Source: Candidatus Uhrbacteria bacterium RIFOXYC2_FULL_47_19
Lineage (GTDB): Bacteria > Patescibacteriota > Patescibacteriia > SG8-24
DNA: 64,000 nucleotides
Assembly: GCA_001791745.1 (NCBI GenBank)
Contig: MGFG01000020.1
Span: 10,712-74,711, forward strand
Reading direction: 5' to 3'
Positions 49,878-60,501 of the stretch are shown here, one piece after another (the stretch's first letter is position 1; the number at the start of each line of letters is the position of its first letter). The notes beneath the pieces were generated by a model. That model made no database searches, was not told where the DNA came from, and saw nothing but the letters and a program-made list of their open reading frames with translations. The position numbers and the translations under genes were made by a program.

Positions 49878-50877
49878 GGTACTGCCAGTTCAAATCGAGG
49901 AGAATGATGTTGATTTGTCTAACTCTGGAATTAAAAAAGAAATTACCAATCCTACTTTACAATCAAAAAAACGACGGATAGTGATTCGTTGGATTTGGCT
50001 AGTAATTGTCGTAGTAGTTGTTGGTCTGGTCTGGTGGTGGTTCGGAGGTAATGTTTGTAGTCTACCGATTGAATATCGCATTGGGCATTACGACGAACGA
50101 TTTGATATCTCTAAAGAGGAGTTTTTGATGGTATTATCTGAGGCTGAACTAAAATGGGAAAGTGCGACCGGTCAGGACTTACTGCGCTATAATGCAAATA
50201 GTACTGAGGCTGTGGCGGTAAATTTGGTTTTTGATGATCGGCAGGTGGCGACACAGGAGTTGGAACGATTGAAGTTCGAACGTGATGGTTTAGAATCGGA
50301 AATTGGTTCAATAGCCGATGAGTATCAAAAACTTAGGTCCGTCTACGATGCTCGTGAGGCATCGATCGCTGAATTAAAAACATATTACGAAGAGCAACTT
50401 CAATTATTTGAATTGACTGTCCGAGCTTGGAATACCCGTGGTGGTGCATCTCGGGATGTCTACGATGAGTTGTTACGCGAACAGAGTCGTCTAGATAATT
50501 ATGTTAGCGATTTGAATGCACTTATTGATGAGCAAAATCGTCAGGCTGAGCAGCTTAATCAGTTAGCCGGACAGGAGCAGGAAAAGGTTGTGGGTTTCAA
50601 TGCTGGAGTTAGTCGTTTTAACGAAACGTTTACCTTGGGAGAAGATGATGAACAGGGAATTTATAGTTCTGGAACCATTAATGTTTATCAGTTTGATAAT
50701 CGTGAGGATTTAGTTATGTTATTAATGCATGAGTTTGGGCATGCATTGGGGTTAGGTCACGATAGTGATCCTCAATCGATAATGTTTCCTCGTAAAAACG
50801 AGCAGCAAGATGATGGCGACGCTTACATTTCATCAGGTACCCTACAGGGGTTATTCCGTCGCTGTAACTTACACTAA
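49864..50877 (+). CDS. membrane-anchored matrixin-like zinc metalloprotease with coiled-coil insert
   Basis: HEFGHALGLGH plus SIMFP Met-turn; N-terminal TM. Confidence 0.88.
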   Translation: MSDFEVLPVQIEENDVDLSNSGIKKEITNPTLQSKKRRIVIRWIWLVIVVVVVGLVWWWFGGNVCSLPIEYRIGHYDERFDISKEEFLMVLSEAELKWESATGQDLLRYNANSTEAVAVNLVFDDRQVATQELERLKFERDGLESEIGSIADEYQKLRSVYDAREASIAELKTYYEEQLQLFELTVRAWNTRGGASRDVYDELLREQSRLDNYVSDLNALIDEQNRQAEQLNQLAGQEQEKVVGFNAGVSRFNETFTLGEDDEQGIYSSGTINVYQFDNREDLVMLLMHEFGHALGLGHDSDPQSIMFPRKNEQQDDGDAYISSGTLQGLFRRCNLH

Positions 50878-50918
50878 CTCGAGTCAATTTTGTTAATTGA
50901 ACCTAATGGACTAACGAT

Positions 50919-51302
50919 ATGCATGTCGATATTAAGACCAAAGGTATCGAGTTAACCGAGGCGATTCGGTCAGCAGTTGAACAACGACTAGCTAAACTGG
51001 AGTCTGAGCTTGAGCGATTCGGGACAGCTGTATCACTTGAAGCCGTAGTCGGCAAAACAACCGAACATCATAACAAAGGACCGTTCTTTAGGGCCGAGCT
51101 ACGAGTTGGACTACCGGGTAAGTTTGTTTATGCCGAAGCTGAGGATGAGGATCTCTATGTGGCGATACGTGAGGCCAAAGATCGGGCTAGGCGTCAGATT
51201 CTCGATTATAAGAGTAAATTCGATGATCAGACTAGAGTGACTAATAATCAGAGCTCGCTTGAACTTTTGCATGATCAGGAAACCCACTCGGAAGAGTTTT
51301 AA
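50919..51302 (+). CDS. hpf: ribosome hibernation factor HPF/RaiA
   Basis: IELTEAIR...EDLYVAI..AKD..RRQI..YK; located upstream of secA. Confidence 0.9.
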   Translation: MHVDIKTKGIELTEAIRSAVEQRLAKLESELERFGTAVSLEAVVGKTTEHHNKGPFFRAELRVGLPGKFVYAEAEDEDLYVAIREAKDRARRQILDYKSKFDDQTRVTNNQSSLELLHDQETHSEEF

Positions 51303-51470
51303 CTTCTATATATAATAAGAAGGTCCGAATACGGACGCGCTCAGTCGGGCGCGTTCGTCATTTATCAGGATTTGAGACTCCAAAACAACTATTTTAAGCT
51401 TGAAGCATGGACGGTTTGGCTTTTATGGGTATATATTGAGGCCGTCAGTCACGGATTTATTAGAACCTAC

Positions 51471-54281
51471 ATGTCATTCTTACATCGAATTTTTGGCGAT
51501 CCCAATGAGAAAGTATTGGCGGAGATGAATCCCCGAATAGAGGACATCAACGCATTGGAAGAGGAAATTAGTCAACTAGGACCGGAGGCAATTCGGGATC
51601 GGTCAGTCGATCTTAAACGACGGGTGGCAATTGGAGTGTCTTTGGATGAGATTCTACCTGAGGCCTTTGCACTCTGTCGTGAGGCAGCCAAGCGCACGCT
51701 CGGTCAACGTCATTACGACGTCCAATTAATGGGCGGTATTGTGTTACACAATGGGCAGATCGCTGAGATGCGGACTGGTGAGGGTAAGACTCTAACAGCA
51801 ACTTTAGCTGTTTATTTGAACGCATTATCTGGCAAAGGCGTGCACGTGGTGACAGTTAATGATTATCTGTCGCGTCGTGATGCAGCTTGGATGGGTCAGG
51901 TCTACCATGCACTCGGTTTGAGTGTGTCCTGTGTTAATCATCAGACGGCTTATGTTTACGATCCAGACTGGAAAGTACCGGAACAGACGACTGAATTAAC
52001 CATGGAAGATTTAGCGGAGGCTTCGGAAAAGGAAGAAGGGGGAGCTGTGGATCAGAAGCGCGATGCAACCGGTTCATTCCAAGTCGAAATGGATTACCTT
52101 CGTCCGGTCGGACGAAAAGACGCCTATTTGGCGGATATCACTTACGGTACCAATAACGAGTACGGTTTTGATTATTTGCGTGACAACATGGCCGTTCGTC
52201 CGGAACAGAAGGTTCAACGTCCGCTGCATTATGCCATTGTTGATGAGGTTGACTCGATCCTGATTGATGAGGCTAGGACGCCACTCATTATTTCTGCACC
52301 AGCCGAAGAGGCGGCAGATACCTACTACAAATTTGCAACTTTGGTTAAGCCTCTACAAGAGGACGTAGACTTCAATCGTGACGAGAAAATGAAGGCTGCA
52401 AGTTTCACCGAAGAGGGACAGAATCGAGTTTCGCGCGAATTGGGCTTTGACCCTTGGGCCGACAATGATACACGGACTATTTTTCATCTTGAAGCCGCGT
52501 TGCGTGCCGGCAAAATGTATGAGATTGACCGTGATTACGTAGTTAAGGATGGCGAGGTGATTATTGTTGATGAGTTTACTGGTCGGTTAATGAATGGTCG
52601 ACGCTACAGTGAGGGCCTACATCAAGCTATCGAAGCTAAGGAAGGAGTGGCTATCCAACGAGAGAGTCGAACACTTGCTACTGTCACTTTCCAGAATTAT
52701 TTTCGCATGTACGAGAAGTTGGCCGGTATGACCGGTACGGCCGCGACTGAGGCTGAAGAGTTTTCTAAGATTTACAGTCTAGAGGTCACAGTAATTCCAA
52801 CTAATCGACCAACTTGCCGTGAGGATTTACCAGATCGAATTTTTAAAAACGAAAAAGGTAAGTTCGCCGCGGTGGTGGAGGAAATTCGAGCTAGGCACGA
52901 AAAAGGACAACCGGTATTGGTTGGTACAGCTTCAATTGAGAAAAATGAGATACTAGGGAAATTGCTCGAGCGTGAAGGTATACCGCATGAGTTGTTGAAT
53001 GCTAAGAATCACGAGCGTGAGGCCAAGATAATCGCTCAAGCTGGTCGGGTTGGGGCGGTAACGATCGCTACTAATATGGCCGGGCGTGGTGTGGATATTA
53101 TTTTAGGTGGTAATCCGCCAGATTCAGCAGCGATTGAAAAGGTACGTGAATTAGGTGGATTGTTTGTTATTGGTACCGAACGACATGAGTCACGACGTAT
53201 TGATAATCAGTTGCGCGGCCGTGCCGGACGACAAGGTGATCCGGGCAGTACTAGGTTCTTTATTTCGCTCGAGGATGATTTGATGCGGATTTTTGCTTCG
53301 GACAGCATGCGCGCTATGATAGACCGTCTTGGTTTGCCGGATGACTTACCAATCGAGAATCGAATCGTTAATCGCTCCATTGAGAGTGCTCAGAAGAAAG
53401 TTGAAGGACACCACTTCGATGTTCGTAAGCATCTCTTGGAGTACGACGATGTACTAAATCGGCATCGCGAGGTTTTTTATCGCAAACGTGATGAGATGTT
53501 GGCTTTGTCGCCAGATGATTCAATTGGTATGCGTCAGCATACGCTTGAAATGGTGGAGTCGGAGATTGAGCGGGTAGTTTTATTCCATACTTCAGCCGAG
53601 GACGAGAAGGCCTGGGATTTGAAGGAAATCTACGAGGTTGTCGACACTATTTTTCCAATGTCGACTGAGGAACGTGAAAAATTAACAGAAATTAGTCGTG
53701 AAGCTGGTTCTAAGAAAGAGGATGCCGAAGCTCGAACCAAGATCATTGAATTTTTGATGTCGGTGGCCGGTATAGAATACGATAAATTGGAGTCTAGAGT
53801 TGGTGCAGCTCTCGCTACAATAGGTGGTGGTAATAGCCATTTTCCTGACATTGTTCGTGGCATGATCTTACGTGCTATGGATATGTTATGGGTTGAGCAT
53901 TTGGACGCTATTGATCATATGCGAACCGGTGTTGGGTTGCAGGGCTATGGTCAGCGTGATCCATTGGTTGAGTACAAGAGGGAGTCTTTTCGTATGTTCA
54001 ATGAGTTCATGGCTATGATCGAAAAGCAGGTCGTTTACTCGTTGTTCAAAATGAGCGTGGTGGCCCAGCGGCCACAGACTGTCCAGCCGGCCAAGTCGCT
54101 TTTGGATCAGAAAGGATTAAAAATGTCAGGTGCTCAAAAATCGGCCGATGGTGGGGTGGTTGAGTCCGGTGCTGGAGCGGCTAGCGACAAGATTGGTCGC
54201 AATGACCCTTGTCCTTGTGGGGCAAGCAAGGAGGATGGTACTCCGGTCAAGTATAAGAAGTGTCATGGCCGGGAGGTTTAA
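51471..54281 (+). CDS. secA: preprotein translocase ATPase SecA
   Basis: EMRTGEGKTL, VDEVDSILIDEARTPLIIS, ATNMAGRG, RRIDNQLRGRAGRQGDPG and SEC-C GRNDPCPCG. Confidence 0.98.
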   Translation: MSFLHRIFGDPNEKVLAEMNPRIEDINALEEEISQLGPEAIRDRSVDLKRRVAIGVSLDEILPEAFALCREAAKRTLGQRHYDVQLMGGIVLHNGQIAEMRTGEGKTLTATLAVYLNALSGKGVHVVTVNDYLSRRDAAWMGQVYHALGLSVSCVNHQTAYVYDPDWKVPEQTTELTMEDLAEASEKEEGGAVDQKRDATGSFQVEMDYLRPVGRKDAYLADITYGTNNEYGFDYLRDNMAVRPEQKVQRPLHYAIVDEVDSILIDEARTPLIISAPAEEAADTYYKFATLVKPLQEDVDFNRDEKMKAASFTEEGQNRVSRELGFDPWADNDTRTIFHLEAALRAGKMYEIDRDYVVKDGEVIIVDEFTGRLMNGRRYSEGLHQAIEAKEGVAIQRESRTLATVTFQNYFRMYEKLAGMTGTAATEAEEFSKIYSLEVTVIPTNRPTCREDLPDRIFKNEKGKFAAVVEEIRARHEKGQPVLVGTASIEKNEILGKLLEREGIPHELLNAKNHEREAKIIAQAGRVGAVTIATNMAGRGVDIILGGNPPDSAAIEKVRELGGLFVIGTERHESRRIDNQLRGRAGRQGDPGSTRFFISLEDDLMRIFASDSMRAMIDRLGLPDDLPIENRIVNRSIESAQKKVEGHHFDVRKHLLEYDDVLNRHREVFYRKRDEMLALSPDDSIGMRQHTLEMVESEIERVVLFHTSAEDEKAWDLKEIYEVVDTIFPMSTEEREKLTEISREAGSKKEDAEARTKIIEFLMSVAGIEYDKLESRVGAALATIGGGNSHFPDIVRGMILRAMDMLWVEHLDAIDHMRTGVGLQGYGQRDPLVEYKRESFRMFNEFMAMIEKQVVYSLFKMSVVAQRPQTVQPAKSLLDQKGLKMSGAQKSADGGVVESGAGAASDKIGRNDPCPCGASKEDGTPVKYKKCHGREV

Positions 54282-54453
54282 GAGTAGTATTGGTTGGTTT
54301 TAGCCAGATTAATTAAAAAGAGCGATCAGACCATTAATCTACAGTGATTCAATAGTAAAAACCGTGCCCCCAAGGTTCGGTTTTTTGGTTTGATTTGACA
54401 GTGTTTTGTTGGTATTTTAAAAGGGATGTTGTTATAGAAATAATCGACGGATT

Positions 54454-54767
54454 ATGAATAATGAGCAGGTAATAATTGACAAAATAGACGGCTTGGCCTC
54501 CTTTTGAGAGGACAGATCGAAGGGTTAGCGGCCGATGTCAGGGAGTTGAATGGGCGAGAGGATTTACTTTTTCAGAAAGTAATGGAGATTGAAGATAAGA
54601 TTTACGTTCTGTCATCCAATGCACGAGTCTCCGATTTGGAGAGTTGTATGATGACCGAGTTTGATAGACGGTCCTTGGTATTGAAAAAATTGGATGAAGA
54701 ACGTTTAGCGTCGTTTGTGCGCATGGATCAGATTGAAGATTGCTTCAATTCAGCTAGCGTCGTTTGA
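54454..54767 (+). pseudogene. small coiled-coil protein with an apparent frameshift
   Basis: The ATG 54454 frame stops at TGA 54505; one extra T in T4 (54502-54505) joins it to ORF 54504-54767. Confidence 0.5.
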
Positions 54768-54834
54768 CCAGTAGATCGAATTCTATCGGTCTATAATCAA
54801 TATTTCATTGTCGGGAAACAATAAATTGTATTCT

Positions 54835-56256
54835 ATGGAGAGTTTTTTTTCGCAAGAGCATTTTCGGTCACTGCCAAAAGAATCCTTGCAGGAAGTTTAT
54901 GAAAATAAACGTGTAGAACTACCATTTATCCCAAAAGATTTGGCATTTTTTGTTGATACCACTCACGGTAATTTACAACTACGTGTACTGCCGTATCATC
55001 ATCGTAGTGCGGATTTGGGTATTTCTTTACCCATAGTTGAAAGAGGAAAGAGAGAAAATAGAGTTTACTGCCAAGTTGATGTTAAGGGTGGTGGTTTTTT
55101 GTTTCCTAAAAGTTTTGAATCTAAGAAGGACGGCATAGTAATGGGTCAACTAGATGATGCCGAGGAAGTTTATTTTATGCCGGACTCTAAAGAAACGCCT
55201 TGGAGTTATGATTTTCTAGGGTTGATGGATGAGAGGTTGGCTATGAGAGTTACCGAGGTGATCGAGATGTTGGCTGAGACGGGCATGAGGACGGAGGCTC
55301 TGGCCGGTGTTTATAGGACTGATCGGGTAGTGATTAACGGACAAGATGTTTCTATAGATGACCTCAAAGAGAAAGTCGTCGATCAGTTACAACAAGCCAT
55401 CAGTGCTGCCAACAGTGATCATGAGAAGTCTGAATTGGAAGGTAAGATAGAAGATCTGAAGGAAAATTTTGATCCGGTAATAGTTATTCGTCTGATGCGT
55501 TCGGTGTTGCGCATTAGGGATATGAAGGAAGTTATGGGTGATATTGGTCAGGAAGGGGTAGTTCAGATGATTTCTGAGGCCTGTAAGAATTTAAACATTG
55601 AAGCTAAGGCTCTTGGCCACTCGGACCGATTTGATGCCTCGACTCCGGAAGGGCGTGAGAAGTGGGTAAAATTTGTCTGTTTTTGGTACGGGAAAAACGC
55701 CGGTATTATGCATCGCGAGGGGGTAGTCCATCAGTTTCTACACATGGGTAACCTGACTTTGGCAGGGGAGGTGGTCGATATGGATTCCGTCGGACAGTTG
55801 CTGACACACAAGAAGTTTAGGGGTCGACCAGAGAACAAGGAGAAATGGATCAAGCGTGGTGATCGTAATGGTGACGGGACACCGTTCAGCGAACGGTCAT
55901 TCTTTAGGTCTACCGATGACGGTTGTGTTTTTATTAGTCCCGAAGTGGGCCTGCATCAGCAACCAGATGAACGTTTTGGTTTACCCAAGGCTTTATTAAA
56001 GGACTTACGTGATTCATGCTTTTCTATACATTTGATGTGTAAAAATATTTTGACTAAATTGCCAGGTATGAATGTTTCTGAGTTAAGACAGAAGTTGGCT
56101 GATGATTTTGTTCGTGGGTACAAGGATGGATTAGACGGCTCAGAGCCATTTGATAAGATTGGTATTACTGGGGACAGGTTGATATCTGTTTGCACTGAAA
56201 TATCCGAGAGCGTTATTGCCAGAGGTGAGTATTATGCGCCAATTCCTATCGATTAA
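54835..56256 (+). CDS. divergent SelO/YdiU-like pseudokinase-fold protein
   Basis: VDVKGGG, GMRTEAL, IRLMRSVLRI and GVVHQFLHMGNLTLAGEVVDMD occur in SelO motif order. Confidence 0.55.
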   Translation: MESFFSQEHFRSLPKESLQEVYENKRVELPFIPKDLAFFVDTTHGNLQLRVLPYHHRSADLGISLPIVERGKRENRVYCQVDVKGGGFLFPKSFESKKDGIVMGQLDDAEEVYFMPDSKETPWSYDFLGLMDERLAMRVTEVIEMLAETGMRTEALAGVYRTDRVVINGQDVSIDDLKEKVVDQLQQAISAANSDHEKSELEGKIEDLKENFDPVIVIRLMRSVLRIRDMKEVMGDIGQEGVVQMISEACKNLNIEAKALGHSDRFDASTPEGREKWVKFVCFWYGKNAGIMHREGVVHQFLHMGNLTLAGEVVDMDSVGQLLTHKKFRGRPENKEKWIKRGDRNGDGTPFSERSFFRSTDDGCVFISPEVGLHQQPDERFGLPKALLKDLRDSCFSIHLMCKNILTKLPGMNVSELRQKLADDFVRGYKDGLDGSEPFDKIGITGDRLISVCTEISESVIARGEYYAPIPID

Positions 56257-56316
56257 GTGTCGAGTTTTTAATAAAAATTCATAATTTATCAATCCTGAAT
56301 ATTGGCCTTGCGGTTT

Positions 56317-59300
56317 ATGAACAGAAAACCTTTTGAGAGTGGTGGACGTGGTGAGCAAGAAAGAGAGCATATTGATTTTTCTTTGCAAGCGGAAGAAAAG
56401 AATCTTACTCCTTTGCAGTTGATGGTTTTGGAGGAAGTAAAGTTTGTTCTTGGTAATTGGGGTGAAGCGGAAAGAATTGATAATGAAGCCATCAATGGAG
56501 ACGAGGTGTTTCGTGTTTTTGATATTGAGAAATTAACTAGTGCGATTGATGAGGCTAAACACAGGTTTGACGTTAACAATATTCCAGAAGCTTTCGTCAA
56601 TAGGTGTATTAAAGAGATAGTTGAGAATCTCATTGATTGGCATGAGTATAGGGCATCATTTCTTTTGTCTAAAGAATTTTCTCTGACTTCTCAGGACTTT
56701 GGTTCAGATATTTTTTTTGAAAGTTTAGTCGATCAGGCTCATGAATTTATTTTGTCTTCTCTAGAAGAAGGTAGGTTGAATGAAGCCTTGAATGTAATAG
56801 AAGGTCTTGATTCATCAGATGACATCATCAAGACGCGTGAATTTGAGCTTTCCTTATGGAAAGGAATAGAAATTGAATTGTGTGTAGGGGATATTGATTC
56901 TGTACTACAGGTCGTTGATAAGTTAGGGATCAGAGAGGCTTTATCAGCCTCGGAGGATGCAAAAAGATGGGCAATGTGGGGGGTAGAGTATTTGCATGAA
57001 AATTTTGGATTATCGGAGGAAAAAATCTTGAAGATAGCAAATACTTTCAATATAAGAAATGAGATAGCAGTAAGAATTATATCTTTGGAATTGTTTCAGG
57101 ATGATTTTTTGCGCGATGTTGAGTCTTTTTTAATCTCGGTTGATTTTTTAGGGGTAGATTCTGAAGTTATTAAGTCATCCAAAGAGGTACGACAAGAGGC
57201 TTTAGCAAAAGCCTTACTGATTTTTACGAAAAATGATGAAGATAATAATGCAACCAAAAGAAAAGCTTTGGCTACGATTGACTATCTGGGAATAGATGAA
57301 CAGGAAAAGAAGAATTTCTTATCTAAACTGGTCGAATCTGGTGATCTCGATATAGCAAGGCAAGCCTACAATGATTTTGGTCTCAAATGGGATGACCTAA
57401 CTAAGAGCAAAGAGCTTCAAGAATTAGGCTGGTCAGGTGTGCTTTCTAATTTGAGTTTCACTAGATTCTCTGACTCACTAATGATGGCCGACGAGTTTTC
57501 TCTTCGTGAGCGTCTCCTCAGCTCACCGGAAGCTAGACAGAGCGCACTAATGGGTATGGTAAATGCTTTTTTAAATCGGGGTGAGTCAGTCGGCATAGAA
57601 TTCATTCATAAGTTCGCAGATCTTATCGGTGTAGAATGGAAGACCTTTGCTTCATCTGAAGATGTACAGAACGCAGCTTGGGATGGAATGATGTGTTGTT
57701 TGAGACAACATTATCAGGATTCAATATTAACCATCGCCGACGAGTTTTCTCTTGGTGAGCGTCTCCTCAGCTCACCAGAAGCTAGACAGAGCGTGTTAGT
57801 TGGTATGGAAAATCATTTTTATTGGCAAGGATCTGTATCAAACGGCATAGAATTCATTCATAAGTTCGCAGATCTTATCGGTGTAGAATGGAAGACCTTT
57901 GCTTCATCTGAAGATGTACAGAACGCAGCTTGGGATGGGATGATGCAAAACTTAAAACATTTGGCTAATGATTTAAAGTCAATATTAACCATCGCTGACG
58001 AGTTTTCTCTTCGTGAGCGTCTCCTCAGCTCACCGGAAGCTAGACAGAACGCATTGAATAAAGCTTTTTTGTGTCTTCGTAGTTTTTCTTACAAAAAGTG
58101 TCTTGATATAGTGAATTTTTTTGAATTAGGTCAGGAGGTAGTTTCTACAAAAGGGGGTGAGGATTTAGTATTAGAGGTTTTTTTCTACATCTTGAGAGCT
58201 GATGATGTTTCTAAAGCCTCCAGTTTTATTAGCAGTTTTAAACCCCTCGCTAGTCGAAGTAAGAGGTTTTTACGAATTTTTGGCAATTTAGGACTTCAAA
58301 TCCATTGGAATATTTTGCAGGATATTTATGACGGTGTAATTTCGTCCGACGTTGCTGAGTTGGGTGTAAGTAGAGTTGGAGAATCCGGCGTTCTTGAATT
58401 AGAAGATTCTTTTCGTAGAGAAAAACATAATTTTTTAAAAAAAGATATTTCATCTGATGAAAGACTTAAGGTTTTGATCAAAAATCCAATTTTTAGAATT
58501 TTTTTACAGTCGTTAACTAGATTTAACGATTCTGAATACGGCAGACATGATGACGTGATTTGGGATAGTATGGTGGACGATTTTAATAGGAGGCTTCACG
58601 CCGGACAATTGAAACCCCTTCCTGTAGAGTATGTCCCTAGCGGGAAATTAGAGATTAAAAAGATAGGTCGATCACAAGAGTCCAACAAAGAGAAAAAGTT
58701 TGTGCATGATAAAAATTTTCTTAAACGTTACGGCCAGCTGGTCCATGAAATACAAGAAGCACAGGCAAAGATGAAAGAAAAATTCTTTGGTGGACTCACT
58801 GTTGATTTTCTTAGGGGGTTAACTGAGATTATCGAAAATAAGCTTGTTGACTTAGAGAAGGTAGAGGATGGTTTAGTTGCCCAAGGCGATTTGGAACGGC
58901 CAGTATTGGTTGATGTCGGTAGTAAGATCATCTTCCTTAGAGATATCTCTGAGGCCTTACATGAGATATTGCGTACACCGGAAATGGATTTAAAAGGTGA
59001 CTTTATCGGTCGTATAGCAAATGATTTGCGAAAATCCATATGTCAAGAGTCCTCTAAATTAGAGGGTGAAAAAGAAGCTTGGAAGATAAAATTAGATTCG
59101 GACGATCGAATGGTAAACGAAAAGGCCAGTTTTGTTCTTAAGAATATTGAAAAAAAAATAGGAGATTTGAATCGACTTACATCCCTGCTCAACAATGATC
59201 GGCCTAATTTTGATGAATTAATTTCTCGTTTTGTTGGTTTTGACACATCTATAAAGAGTTTACGTCAAGGTTTAATATTTCTGTCATTTTTAATGAACCC

Positions 59301-60078
59301 ACGTTTATTAGAAAATGATTATTCCAATTTGGCGGAAGGTATAGATAGGCAGGACGTATCAGAGGATGAAATATCTAAAGTCATAAATTTTATCGATCAG
59401 GTAACCAATCGTGAAACCTTCGGTGTATTTTTGGACGATAAAGAAAAATGCAAGATTCTTGATTCACTACTCTCAGTTTCTAGTTTAAAACAGGAAATCA
59501 ATCGGTTGCAGGAGGCCAAGTCTCCAACAGGTAAGACTACATCTGTAGCTTTTATCCCATCTCGCGACCTTAAGACGGAAATTTCAGGGCATATGGCCGA
59601 TGCTTGTTGGGCTAATAAAGAAAAATCTATTCTTCAGTCTCATCCTAATTTTATTTCAGTGACTTTTGTTGGTAATCCAGAAAGTGAGGTTAATGAACGT
59701 GTGGTTGGAGCCTGCATACTCATTGAAACCAAGACTAGAGATAATGCCCCTATTATAGTTATTAGAGGATTTAATCCTATTGAAAATTTTACAAATTCAG
59801 TTGATCAGGAGTCTTTTTTCAGTCAATTTGTCAATTGGGTTAGGCCGATAGCTAAGTTGCGTGGATGTAAATTAGCGATGGTTATAGACGGAGAACGTGG
59901 CCTCGCGGCCAGTAATCGACAGGTTACTTATGATTATCTTGCTAGTCTCAGATCATCTTTGGAGAAAGTAACCTTGGCATCGAGCGTAGACACTAGTTTT
60001 AATGGATATTATATTGTCGACGATACCTACTTGATTCCTGATGATCTGTTTCAAGCAAAAAACCATCAAAAAAGTTAA
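56317..60078 (+). CDS. large helical-repeat protein with C-terminal alpha/beta domain
   Basis: 1253-aa AT-rich ORF; internal tandem repeats; C-terminal ISGHMADACWA...VVGACILIE...VIRGFNP. Confidence 0.8.
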   Translation: MNRKPFESGGRGEQEREHIDFSLQAEEKNLTPLQLMVLEEVKFVLGNWGEAERIDNEAINGDEVFRVFDIEKLTSAIDEAKHRFDVNNIPEAFVNRCIKEIVENLIDWHEYRASFLLSKEFSLTSQDFGSDIFFESLVDQAHEFILSSLEEGRLNEALNVIEGLDSSDDIIKTREFELSLWKGIEIELCVGDIDSVLQVVDKLGIREALSASEDAKRWAMWGVEYLHENFGLSEEKILKIANTFNIRNEIAVRIISLELFQDDFLRDVESFLISVDFLGVDSEVIKSSKEVRQEALAKALLIFTKNDEDNNATKRKALATIDYLGIDEQEKKNFLSKLVESGDLDIARQAYNDFGLKWDDLTKSKELQELGWSGVLSNLSFTRFSDSLMMADEFSLRERLLSSPEARQSALMGMVNAFLNRGESVGIEFIHKFADLIGVEWKTFASSEDVQNAAWDGMMCCLRQHYQDSILTIADEFSLGERLLSSPEARQSVLVGMENHFYWQGSVSNGIEFIHKFADLIGVEWKTFASSEDVQNAAWDGMMQNLKHLANDLKSILTIADEFSLRERLLSSPEARQNALNKAFLCLRSFSYKKCLDIVNFFELGQEVVSTKGGEDLVLEVFFYILRADDVSKASSFISSFKPLASRSKRFLRIFGNLGLQIHWNILQDIYDGVISSDVAELGVSRVGESGVLELEDSFRREKHNFLKKDISSDERLKVLIKNPIFRIFLQSLTRFNDSEYGRHDDVIWDSMVDDFNRRLHAGQLKPLPVEYVPSGKLEIKKIGRSQESNKEKKFVHDKNFLKRYGQLVHEIQEAQAKMKEKFFGGLTVDFLRGLTEIIENKLVDLEKVEDGLVAQGDLERPVLVDVGSKIIFLRDISEALHEILRTPEMDLKGDFIGRIANDLRKSICQESSKLEGEKEAWKIKLDSDDRMVNEKASFVLKNIEKKIGDLNRLTSLLNNDRPNFDELISRFVGFDTSIKSLRQGLIFLSFLMNPRLLENDYSNLAEGIDRQDVSEDEISKVINFIDQVTNRETFGVFLDDKEKCKILDSLLSVSSLKQEINRLQEAKSPTGKTTSVAFIPSRDLKTEISGHMADACWANKEKSILQSHPNFISVTFVGNPESEVNERVVGACILIETKTRDNAPIIVIRGFNPIENFTNSVDQESFFSQFVNWVRPIAKLRGCKLAMVIDGERGLAASNRQVTYDYLASLRSSLEKVTLASSVDTSFNGYYIVDDTYLIPDDLFQAKNHQKS
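57487..58050 (+). repeat. intragenic tandem repeat, 249-258 bp period, about 2.2 copies
   Basis: GCYGACGAGTTTTCTCTT...GAAGCTAGACAG at 57487, 57736 and 57994; about 95-bp identical block at 57592 and 57844. Confidence 0.92.
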
Positions 60079-60090
60079 AAAAGTCGTGAC

Positions 60091-60501
60091 ATGAAAATTA
60101 GTCAATATTTAGATGAATATTCGTCTGGTGAGCGGGTTAAATTGCATTACGTATTTGATGAAGTACGTGAATTACTAATTGAGGTGATTAGATTTAATCC
60201 TGATGGCGTAAATGAGGAATTCGAAGATGTATTATTTTTTGTCCAATTATGGTTGTTTTGGCGGTTTGGGATTGATGGTGAGACTTGGCGATTAACCAAG
60301 CATTCCGTTGAAAAATTTATGACCCGTCGTCCTATTTGGCGTCGTTTGTATCGAGAGGTGGGTCTACCAGAAACCATTTCTAATTTTTGTGGTAATTGCA
60401 ACAAAGTTGAGAAGGTGATCAAGCAGTTAAGCCTCTTTGGCATCGATCGCAAAATGGCTATAGCTGCCCATCGAAAAATCATCTTAGGAGATAGATCATG
60501 A
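60091..60501 (+). CDS. MazG-like nucleotide pyrophosphohydrolase domain protein
   Basis: FDEVRELL...NEEFEDVLFF resembles the ExxE...ExxD motif. Confidence 0.55.
   Translation: MKISQYLDEYSSGERVKLHYVFDEVRELLIEVIRFNPDGVNEEFEDVLFFVQLWLFWRFGIDGETWRLTKHSVEKFMTRRPIWRRLYREVGLPETISNFCGNCNKVEKVIKQLSLFGIDRKMAIAAHRKIILGDRS

Noticed and set aside
57487-58050. DGR template/variable repeat pair
   Set aside because: Differences are not adenine-specific and include indels, and all copies are in-frame coding.
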